From the NCBI GenBank assembly GCA_964106915.2, contig OZ066918.1: a stretch of 64,000 nucleotides of DNA, one strand, 5' to 3'. The stretch comes from Podarcis gaigeae. Lineage: Eukaryota. How positions within the stretch are numbered: position 1 is the first letter of the stretch; every line of letters starts with the position of its first letter. This document shows positions 1 to 10,766 of this stretch, piece after piece. The notes below the pieces were generated by a model. That model made no database searches, was not told the DNA's origin, and saw only the letters and a program-made list of their open reading frames with translations. Position numbers and translations under genes: made by a program.

Positions 1-351
1 TGTAAGAATAACAATGTGCATGTGTCGTCAAGCACAAGTATGAGGAGAAGCACGCATGCCTTAGAAAAGTAGCACGAGGAATTTAATTGTCTAATACCTT
101 CAAAAGATAGATGCCACTTATATTTTTTAGGTAATCTCACAGTAGCTTCACAGGCATCTGACTATCTCAAGTATAAAATGCAAGGCATATAAACAACCGC
201 ACATTAAATATAAACTGAAAAAAATAAAAAGAGCTTTTGGCAAAGCTACAGGCATGGAGGGCCAAGAAGCTTTCTGCCTGACATTCCAAAAGAAAACAAC
301 ACTGAGGCCAGGTAGGGCCTTGAAGGAGAGAACACCATATAGCGCAGACAC

Positions 352-731
352 TAGGGCTCAGCAATATATCGCTATATTGCCCAAAACTGGTTTGATGTTC
401 ATATTGTGATGTTGGCTTGACCTGGCGATATATCGTGAATCATGATGTGTGTTAGGGCTGGGCAATATATGGTCCAAAACCAGTTTGAAGTCCATATTGT
501 GATATTGATTTCATAATTTTTGAGCTGGCAATATATCATGTATATGATATGTATGAGTGTGTGCGTGTGTGTGTGTGCTATGCAAAAATCATGATGCAGG
601 GAAAACCATGAAGCCAGCCAATGCCTCCACATAGCTCCATCCTTATTTCAGGCATCATGATATATTGGTATATTGCAATGCTTAGCTGGTGATATATTGT
701 GATGTTGAAAACCAGATATTGCCCAGCCCTA
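352..731. mobile_element. hAT MITE (TAGGGCTG termini) with duplicated left end
   Basis: Perfect 8-bp TSD GCAGACAC at 344-351 and 732-739. A second left TIR starts at 453. Confidence 0.85.
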
Positions 732-1892
732 GCAGACACCCTCTTTAGTGTGAGTTTATGAAAATTTTCTGCACAGTATTGCTGGTTGCCACCTGCATCA
801 CTTCTGTCAGAAGAGGCACTCAGAAAAAAGTAGAATCAAAACTGTTTGGTTGGCTGATACAGGAGAAGGCACTTGGGTCTCAAGCTTGAGCCGAGTGATC
901 CTAAATGTGCCTGCTCCCAAAACAGCTTCATTAAATCTAATTGGACTTGCTCTTAATTGCAGCCTACAAATCAGTACCAGCCCTTTGAACTGAGCCTGGA
1001 ATCAATCAAGAACCCCAAAGCAGTAGAAGTAGTGTGGTGATCATAACACTCTGACCAGCTGCATTGCTGCTGCTTACTCAGAAGCACGGGTTCCACCAGC
1101 GAGTTTGCACCATGCTGACCACGCCACTGCCCTCCACTCTCCTCTGCTTCCCAGCAGGCCATCCGCTACTCTTCCAAAAGGGGTCATTTTTCTATTTTTC
1201 ACGGCCCTTCTTTGCAGTTTTTGGGAACTATTTTCCTTCTGCCTCTCAGAACTTCTCAGCTTCATCCCTTCCTTTCCCACACACTCTTTTGCAAAAGGGT
1301 CGCCACCTCTCTCAGAGGGGAAAAATTGTTAATTGATTTAAATGCATGCAAATGGAATTTGCTATGGCCTAACAAGAAAGCCATGGTAAAAAATAAATAA
1401 AAATGGGACAAGAAGCAAGATCCCCAAGGAAGGAGCAATGCTGCATTCATGCCACTCATGCGCCAAAGCAGATTGGCTACGGCCTAGCTAATTTGTAAAC
1501 GTTTCCACCATGGCAACAACAAAGAACTCCTTCTTCTTGCCTACCATTGCATTTGGAAAAGTTTTATCCAGTGAGGCTGTTCTGAGTTGTGAATGCCCCA
1601 GTATATCTGGGCTGACTTCACCCGTCAAACTGAATTCTCTTCAGCCTTTCAGCTGAGGCTTCACAAACTGAATATGGTCAGCCCTGTTTGGGCTGTCCTT
1701 TTTACCAATAGAGTGGGTGATGAGAAGGTGGCCATGTCCAAATGGAAAACCTTTGGTGGGCAACTAAATTCTAAGTCCCATTTGAAATGTTTGAGTGGTT
1801 AAACACTCTGCGCAAGGCAACTGGGCAGAGCCAGCCAAGCATAATGCGTTGAAAGGTCCTTCAGACCTCCCTGCTGCAGATTTTATGGAAGA

Positions 1893-2003
1893 AGGACCAT
1901 AGCTCAGTGGTAGAGTAGATGCTTTGCATGCAGAAGGTCACTTGTTCAATCCCTGGCATCTCCAGGTAGGATTGGGAATGCCCCCTGACTAGTACCCTAG
2001 GAG
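1893..2003 (+). mobile_element. Third tRNA-derived SINE family (Squam3-like), 5' part
   Basis: ATAGCTCAGTGGTAGAG (A box)...GTTCAATCCCTGGCATCTCCAGGTAGG. Related decayed copies lie at about 8008-8100 (-), 30198-30378 (+), 60640-60800 (-) and 63255-63310 (+). Confidence 0.75.
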
Positions 2004-2147
2004 GGAGGGAGGGAGGGAGGGAGGGATCTGTCAGTTCTGGTTCTCCCGGTTACTCATTTCTCCAATCTTAAATTCAGTTATCCATATTTCTGCGGTATGA
2101 AAATTCACCAGCATTTTAGTCTGAATTTCTCCTATTACACACACTTT

Positions 2148-2458
2148 TTTCTCCTGCTCCGGAGGGTAGGATTGGAACCAATGCCTTCAAGTTACAAGAA
2201 AGGAGATTCCAAAATAGCTGGAGGGCCATATAGTCAATACAGAGATTTATAAACATCAAGAATAGCTTTCTGACAGTAAGAGCTGTTCAAAAGCTGTGGA
2301 ACGGTCTCCCCTCAGCAGGTTGTGGGCTCTTCTTCTTTGGAGGTTTTTAAGTAGAGGTTGGATGGCCATTTGTCATGGATGCTTTAGCTGAGATTTCTGC
2401 ATTACAGGGGTTTGGACTAGATGACCCTCGGGGTCCTTCTAACTATACAATTCTATGA
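2148..2458 (+). mobile_element. CR1 LINE 3' fragment
   Basis: TTCAAGTTACAAGAAAGGAGATTCC...TTGGAGGTTTTTAAGTAGAGGTTGGATGGCCA...ATTCTATGA terminus. Confidence 0.85.
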
Positions 2459-5400
2459 AATATCCACTGGTTTGTTTTTCAAAATAACCTACTTATTTCA
2501 AGAGGGAGGATCCTAACCAGCCCCAGCCACACAGGGATGAGAAAGTTGTCCCAGCTCAAATTCTGCCATTTGCACAACTTTGAAAAAAGTGCTATATTTT
2601 TCCATTGTGTCATCCTATCTACTATACACACACATTTTAATTAAGTGGAGTGTTTTCTATTGAGTGGCATAATATTTAAGAAAAATATACAGGCTCATTG
2701 TGATGGGTACATTTGGGCTGCATGTTTGATATTTCTTTTTTATGCCTTTTGGGTAATTACCAACGATATGAAACCAAACCCGAGCTGAAAATATACCAAG
2801 TGCGTTTAATGTCAACACACGACTATTTGCACCCTCCAACTATTTGCAAGCTTTGCTGTCTTTCCAAACAAAAGTGCTTTCACTTCATCTCAAATTCCTT
2901 CCTCATGCTTCTGCAATAATAAATCCATGAGATTCCAGGAGGTATTCTATTGCAAATTCATATGATCAAGTGTGTTTAATTTCCTGGCCCCTTCAAGGAG
3001 GCCCACCTAACGCTTTGTAGATCTCAATCAGAAAAAAGGTAATAATTTATCGGACAGGGAAGAATTGTGACATCATAAGGATTCAATCTGGTTAATAAAG
3101 CCTTGTTCTTTTTGCATGTTAATTGGACTGAAACAGCACAGGAGCATTTTTGAAAGATGTCTTCCTATTTTGCAATTCTACAGCGCTCTTTTCCAGGCAC
3201 CAGAGCTGCTCTAATCTCTCATTTCTGAAAAAAATCACCCAAGCACTGTTGTTTCTAAACTGGGCTTGAAAAGACACACATTAGCTGAACAATTTGGGGT
3301 GACTCTATTTTGGGTAATGAGTACAGAGCAGTGGCTTTTCTGTGGATGTATCCTCAGATATAATGTGCTTCCCACAGAAACTTATCAGGCCCTCAATTGA
3401 TTTTGTTCTGTTGTCAAGTGAATGCTGTGCCTCAGGAAGCTGCTCTCTGATCATTGCATTGGTGGGCACGAAAGTGAAACTTTAAATCAGCTGCTGTCAA
3501 ATACTACATGTAGGCCTGATGTGATCATTCGCTTCAGTAGTTATTGTAACTTTATTTTTTAAGAGGGCTGTTTTTATCATGGGCTTCATGTATTTAAGTT
3601 ATAGTATATATGTCTTTGGGTGCTGAGAGCCTGGCTTCATAAGTAAGGCTCATGTATATAATTAAGTAGACCCCCCTCCCTGCCGAACTGCAGGTGCTTG
3701 ACAAAAACTTTCCTATTTAAGCAGGCATCTTAGGGTGATTTTCGGTTTCTGTGAAAAGTTTAACTGCCTTTAAACTTTGGAAAAAAATGCATTTTATGTA
3801 GACAGCATAGGAATTCTGAATATTAAGTTTTTTAAAGAAAGAAGAGAAGAGAAATACATGGTTAGAGCAATCCAACAGACACACCCCATACTGTGCTGGT
3901 CCTATTTATTTATTTACGTATGTATTTATATTTATAAAAATATTTATATACTGCTGTAATATAAATTTGTGTGGATTAGGCAGAGATATTCCAGTAGAGG
4001 CACGTGTGTGTGTGTTGATTAGGCAGAGGAAACCCAACTCTCCCAGTTCAGTGGGCCTTAAACCACCCTCACAAACCCACCTACTGTTTACATTGAATTT
4101 ATAAGCTCCTTGGACAAAGGACTTTGCCACACACACCCCACACCCCTTGTTTCACACTGTGTGCAGCAATGCTACTAGGCAATGATGTTGATGGTCACGA
4201 GAGCCCACAAAACCAAGCTTCAGATCCATATTTAACTGAAGGAATCTCTTATCTGCTATGCCTGACCTCAGAGGCACACCTGAAACACTGGAAACCAATG
4301 CTGCCATATTTAGCTTGCTCTGGATCAAGAAGTTCCTCACCTTGCCCCATGGTCATCGCACAATCTGTAGTTCCCACCACCAATTTCTGCATTAAATACC
4401 ACTATCAGGGCAAAAGCTTTAAAATTTAATTTGTGCAAATTTCATTTGGATTGCCTTGCTTTAAAAAGAGAGAGAAGAAGACAAGCACTATAATTTTTAA
4501 TCCTGTTTTTTGTTCTTTTCTGTTTTTTGAGGTATGATTTGAACAGAGTCCAGTTGATCTCTTGCTATACTTAACATATAGTTAACTGACAGAAGATCTC
4601 TGGCTACATCCTCTGGGATGATCTGACGTTCATTTCATTTTGGAAAATGCCATGGAACAATGCGCACCCAGCAGCTTTTCAGGTAAAGCTGATTGAAAGT
4701 ATCAACCTGCAGGGTGGTGCATAAGAAGCTGTGTCTGAAATAGTTACCATATAGTGGATTTTTAAAATGGATTTTTAAGGTGGGGCGACCTGCCCTGTTC
4801 TTTCACTGGTATCTGCAAAAAGACTTCCCACAAAGGTGGTGAGGGTGGAACTACAACAGACTGTTGGGCTTATGTAGACTTTACATGTTTGTGCAGGGGT
4901 GTCAACTTCAATAAAATATTGGGGAGGCCCAGGTAAGCCCTGCCCCACATAACTGATCACATGCATACCATTTGAATGGAAATACCAATCCATTTTGGGG
5001 CCTCTGACCCCCTCAAATATTTTAGGGGGGCGAAGGGACCTCAGCCCCTAGGAGCTGGCTCCTATGTGGGGTGCTGCTGCTAATGCAGTCAATACAGGTA
5101 GACTAGCTGGATCCGATGGATTGAGCAGAGCCCAGGAGGTGGGCTGATCCTAAATCAGCCCACAGATTTAGGATCAGTGTTTTCCTTCTCCAAGATGGGC
5201 TACCTTCCCAGGTTGACGAGCCCCATCGCCCCTCAAGCACCAGCTGCTCCTATTCTTGTGCTTGGTGGTAACAGCACTGGAGGAGGAAAACGGGACATTC
5301 CTGTTTGAAATCAGAAGCTGGGATAGCTTCAGTAATTCCATGAATGTCCCAGGGAAATAGGGACACTTGATGGTACAGAACTAGGGCTTGTAAATGAATT

Positions 5401-6920
5401 CCTTTATTTTATTCTAGGCATTCAACAGCTTTCTTCCACTTCACCGCTTCCAGGGTGGCTTACATTTAACAATTAAAATACATTATTCTGCCACCACAAC
5501 CATCACTGCCTCAGAGGCAGATCTGAAATGCAGCCCTGTGCTAAGCAGGGTCCGGTCTTCTACTCCAGGTTAGGACGCAGTGACCCAAAGGAACTGTGGG
5601 TGGAGGAATGTTCACATTACAGCTGGCCGATTTGCACCTGTTGAGGGGATAAATAAAGCAACGCTCTTCTAGTTTTTCATTCACAGCCAGCCCCTTGAGT
5701 TGCAGGGGAATGGAGACGGCATCTTCTCAGCCTGTCAAAGTGGAAACATTCCTCAAGTATGATGGAAGCAAAGCTTGCTACTACTCTCACACTGCTCTGT
5801 TTAGGCAGAGGTGGCAAACTTCACTAACAGCATGCTTTTGTGTTGTCAATCATGGACAATGTATTCCAACATAATTTTTCAGCCTCTCTCTTCTTCTTTT
5901 TCTGGCTATTGTGCCTTTAACAGCAGACTTTGGACGCAGAATTTTAACAACAACAATTTTCCATGGCACGAAGCTGTCCTGGAGATAGCCCCAGCTTTCT
6001 AGTATCAGTTCTGGGAAAGCCACTATTCCCCATTTGGTCTTCTTAGAGAATACCTTTCAAAACAATTTGTCTGAGTCCCTAGAACTTGCCATTATTCCAA
6101 CTTCAGCTCCTCCGGCAGTGTGGGAATCTCTAGGGATCTCTGGGGGGGGGGGGGGAGAAAGTGGATACATCTTAACCATATAGCATGCTCAGATGGACAC
6201 ACATCAACTCATGGCTTCCTTTCCACACTTTCCGTAGCAATTATCTATGCACAGCCAAGACAGGCACTGAAATTGCCAGATGGGTTTATCTCCCCTCTCC
6301 TGCTCTGGGGGTTCCCTTTCTTCTTCTGCATCTGGCCACCATACACAGAACCTCTCTCATCTCAGAGAAAGAGATCACAGAGAGCATATTGTTAAGCATC
6401 CTCTGCTTCCCAGAGTGGTGAGGACCTGTCCAAGTACAATGTTATAGGGCTTACTGGGCAATCCTATAATCCCACCTATTTAGGACTAAGTCCCACTGAG
6501 TTCAATGGGCCTTATTCTGAGCAAGTGGATATAGGATTGCACCCTTAGCTTCCTTTAGACAAGCAGACTCCTAAAAAAGGCAGAAAACCCACTGGTTCCA
6601 TATCAGATTCCCAAGAACAGGGGAGGGCCCCGGCCCTGGTCTGCTTCTGTCTAGCTAAATCCACAATTCTTCTTGCCACTGCATAACCTTTCTCTAAATT
6701 AAAACTTGCTTTTTACTCGTTACATTACATAATTATATTTGTATTTTGCCTTTTCTCCAAGGAGCTCAAGGCAATGGTCCTTCCTGCCTCCATTTTATCC
6801 TTGCAACATTCCTGTGTGTTGGCTTAGGCCCAATAAAGGCTGAAGGCCAACAGTGAGGTTCACAATGGAGCCCCTCCCATCACCCTGGATCTATATTACA
6901 TTCTAAGCACAGAAGAGGCA

Positions 6921-7056
6921 TTGTAGAATTAGAAGAGACCCTGAGGATCATCTAGTCCACCCCCTGCAATGCAGGAATATGCAGCTGTCCCATATGGGGA
7001 TCGAACCTGAAACCTTGGCATTATCGGCACCATGCTGTAACTAGCTGAGCTGTCCA
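6921..7056 (-). mobile_element. tRNA-Ile-headed SINE with CR1-derived tail
   Basis: Minus-strand head resembles tRNA-Ile (A and B boxes). The tail matches the CR1 3' end at 2395-2457. Confidence 0.85.
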
Positions 7057-7731
7057 ACCTCCCTGGATCTCCTCAATGAGTCACCTTTAACCACCTTCTC
7101 AGAAATCCCAACATCAAAACAAACAAACAAACCATCGCTGCAAACTATTCTCAACAGAATACTCTGGAACTAGCCACCCACTTTGGACTCGGCTTATGAC
7201 AAGATGTATGTTGGACGTTCCGAAATACTTGCCTTACCCATACATTCCAGGGGTGTGAAGCAAGCACTGCATTAGTTCCCGATCAAAATGCCTTCCTACA
7301 TTACAGGGGACTTTAAATATAGAGTGTCAATCCATGGCTAGGCTTCAGAGCAGCATACGTGTGATCCAGGGCAGGTAAAGAATATATAGCCCTTCGCTAT
7401 TGTCATTTTATGTGGCATGCAGACACAGAGTAATTGCAGCCTGGGCTGGCTGTACATCAAAGGGCTATAGGCTGTTAAAAAACATTAAGAGTCGGGAGCC
7501 AACAGCCTTTTAAAAAGAAAGGGGTTTAAATCAGTATTTAGGTCAGCAATGATGGCTAATCAGCAGCAGTGGAGAAACAAAGCCAAAATAGTCCAGCAAT
7601 TGGTATTTGTCCTCCCAAGTATGGCAAGATGACATAGCTCCATGATCACGAAAGGAAAAGTTATTTCCAGTTCTACCAGCTGCCCCTTGCCAAACACACC
7701 AGTACTTGCAGAGGACCATGAATATGAATTA

Positions 7732-7992
7732 CCATATTTTTCGCTCTGTAAGACTCACTTTTTCCCTCCTAAAAAGTAAGGGAAAATGTGTGTGCATCTT
7801 ATGGAGCAAATGCAGGCTGTGCAGCTATCCCAGAAGCTAGAACAGCAAGAGGGATTGCTGCTTTCACTGCACAACGATCCCTCTTGCTGTTCTGGCTTCT
7901 GAGATTCAGAATATATTTTTTTTCTTGTTTTCCTCCTCCAAAAATTAGGTGCGTCTTGTGGTCTGATGCGTCTTATAGAGCGAAAAATACGG
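7732..7992. mobile_element. Tc1/mariner (Tc2/pogo-like) MITE
   Basis: TIR CCATATTTTTCGCTCTGTAAGAC / GTCTTATAGAGCGAAAAATACGG with TA flanks. Confidence 0.85.
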
Positions 7993-9944
7993 TAAGTCAA
8001 AATGTATATAGGAAGCTGCCTTATGCAGAATTGGACCCTTGGTCCTTTTAACTTGTATTGTCCTCACTGACAGACAGTGGTTCTCCTGGGTTTCAGAGTG
8101 CTGACATTTCCAGTCCACATGGAGATTTTGTCTGTGAAATGGCCCCAATCTCCCTTCCTCAGCAACCCAACAGACAGCCGGGGGAGGGATGGATAGATCC
8201 CTTTGACAGATGTCTGAAGTGGTAGCTTGCAAGGGGCTCCCACCACGCACTCTCCTTCCATTGCTCCATCTGCACACCCACACCCATTTACCCCCTCCTT
8301 GTTCTCCCTCCAGGCTCGTACCTCCCATTAAATTATGTCATGAGCCATATGTTCCCCAGCTGTGCTCTACATGCCCATATTTCTGTAATAGCAAAATGAA
8401 GTATTGGTGCTTATAAAAGCGGTCAATGAGTGAGAGCCAAAGTGATCACTAGGGAAGTCTGGCAATACTTTCAATTTTTGCATAGATATTATTATTTAAT
8501 GAAAGTTTCTGGATGTTGATGGAGCATGCAAGTTACAAGAAGCAAAAGAGGTCATTCTTGATGGCTCTATTCTGATCAGAGGCACTAGGAGAATGGAATT
8601 GATTTAATCCAGGTTCTTAGATGTTGCAAAGGAATTGATGGAGCGGGACTAACATACTCGGAATCCATACCCCCCCCCCCCAAAAATTACGGTTGCTCTT
8701 CTTCTTTTGAGGGATATTGCACTCTACTAAAAAATATAATGGAAGCACGGAGCAGAAGAATAGTGGGAAGAAATCCATTTCTCACATGACAATACCCTAA
8801 TGATTTGGGGAAGGGGAATACTCCTCAGTGAATAGCTTCCACAGCCTTAAATCATGTGAACTGCAATTCTTCTGGCATTATGTTCGCAGGGTTGACTGAA
8901 ATTTTGTACAAGACAGCAGGGGGACACAGCGCCTAAGACTAAGAGTTACAAAGCTGCTTCTTCAAATCTTACCTCTGTCATTTTATTATGGGGCACTGGC
9001 ACTACCTTCCCCTCCCACCAGGTATCATAATTGCTCATGAAGATCTGCTGTCTCAATAGACAAGATGCTGTTTTTGCACTCATTCAGTATCCTGTCTCTC
9101 GGCCTTTCAAATACTTGCAATTTCCCTCTTTGATAACCAGAAACTTTCCTGCAGTTGCTAATTTAAAAAAATATCAATGGATACTTAATGTCCATTTGTT
9201 TGTATGCACTGTCCTTTTACTTAAATATCTCCTGTGGTCAAGCTGAATGGGTTCGTTGCTACTATATTTCTAAAGGCCAGAACAAAATGCAAGATGCATC
9301 ATCTTCACTCAAAACTTCCATCATAGAGTAACTCAAGTCTATTATGAGTAAGCCAAGTAATGTTATCCCACAATGAATTCCGAAAAGGCAATAGGTAATA
9401 AAGAACATGTAACTGATACAAAAAATGGCAGTCGTGAAATACCTTTTTCAACTTAAACAATATTTATTTGCCACTATGCAATGCCTGTTGGTGGTGCAGG
9501 CATAGAAACACACATCATGATGCCAGAACTAACATCCAGAACCCTAGATGTTGCTGATAAAGACATCTGCCATTGCTGGGGTTCTAAATTCCAATCAGAT
9601 TAAAAACTCTAGCTATACAAAAAAAAAACCACGTTGGCAGTGCACGTGGTTGGCTTCAACCACCCACCCTGCCCTGCAAAAAGATGAAGCAGAGTCATTT
9701 GGGAAGGCAATATGCTTAAAATTCCCCAGGAAATAACAGCGGTGAAACCAAAAGTCCTTTTAAAAACAATCAGACTGCTGCTTCATTGCATACTAGCTCT
9801 GACATACACACCTGCCTAGGGGATGGAGAATGCTGCCTATTGATTCAGAAGGGCTTGCTCAAAACTCTGCCTCTGGGCCATTCAAGGCCCACTATAGAAA
9901 ATTACTCGGCAACTAGCTTTCCTTGGGCCTACTTAGAGAAAGGT

Positions 9945-10596
9945 ATTGGCCCATCACCTCCTGGCAAACAGAAGTGGAAGAAATGGAGGCAGTGAGAGAT
10001 TTTACTTTCTTGGGCCCCATGATCACTGCAGATGGTTACAGCAGTCACAAAATTAAAAGATGCCTACTTCTTGGGAGAAAAGCAATGACAAACCTATACA
10101 GCATCTTAAAAAGCAGAGACATCACCTTGCCAACAAAGGTCTGTATAGTTAAAGCTATGGTTTTCCCGGTAGTGATGTATGGAAATGAGAGCTGGACCAT
10201 AAAGAAGGCTGACTGCCGAAGAATTTATGCTTTTGAATTATGGTGCTGGAGGAGACTCTTGAGAGTCCCATGGACTGCAAGAAGATCAAACCTATCCATT
10301 CTGAAGGAAATCAGCCCTGAGTGCTCACTGGAAGGACAGATCCTGAAGTTGAGACTCCAGTACTTTGGCCACCTCATGAGAAGAGAAGACTTCCTGGAAA
10401 AGACCCTGATGTTGGGAAAGATGGAGAGCACAAGGAGAAGGGGATGACAGAGGATGAGATGGTTGGACAGTGTTCTCGAAGCTACCAGCATGAGTTTGAC
10501 CAAACTGCGGGAGGCAGTGGAAGACCTGGCGTGCTCTGGTCCATGGGGTCACGAAGAGTCGGACACGACTAAATGACTAAACAACAACAACAACAA
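9945..10596 (+). mobile_element. BovB (RTE clade) LINE 3' fragment
   Basis: Translates ...ILKSRDITLPTKVCIVKAMVFPVVMYGNESWTIKKA...FELWCWRRLLRVPWTARRSN...LEKTLMLGK. A premature TGA at 10445 fits CGA decay. The 3' end is GAAGAGTCGGACACGACT followed by a (CAA)n tail. Confidence 0.93.
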
Positions 10597-10766
10597 GCAA
10601 TCTTTCTACTGTGGAAGGCCACATACCTTTGGGCATAAACTATGTGTCAGTACTGTAGTGGGAAGAGTCAGAACCAGGGATGGGGGGTGCCAGAGACAAT
10701 AGTGTTCTGCATTAACAGAAGAAAGACTATCCTGGAAGAATACTGATCTTGAAATTTTAAAAAGTT

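Noticed and set aside
1893-1965. tRNA genes (also at 7000, 52040, 61440, 61700)
   Set aside because: Degenerate cloverleaves fused to repeat tails, so these are SINE heads rather than tRNA genes.
9923-10447. 174-aa ORF as a host gene
   Set aside because: It is the BovB RT C-terminal region, truncated and ending at a premature stop.
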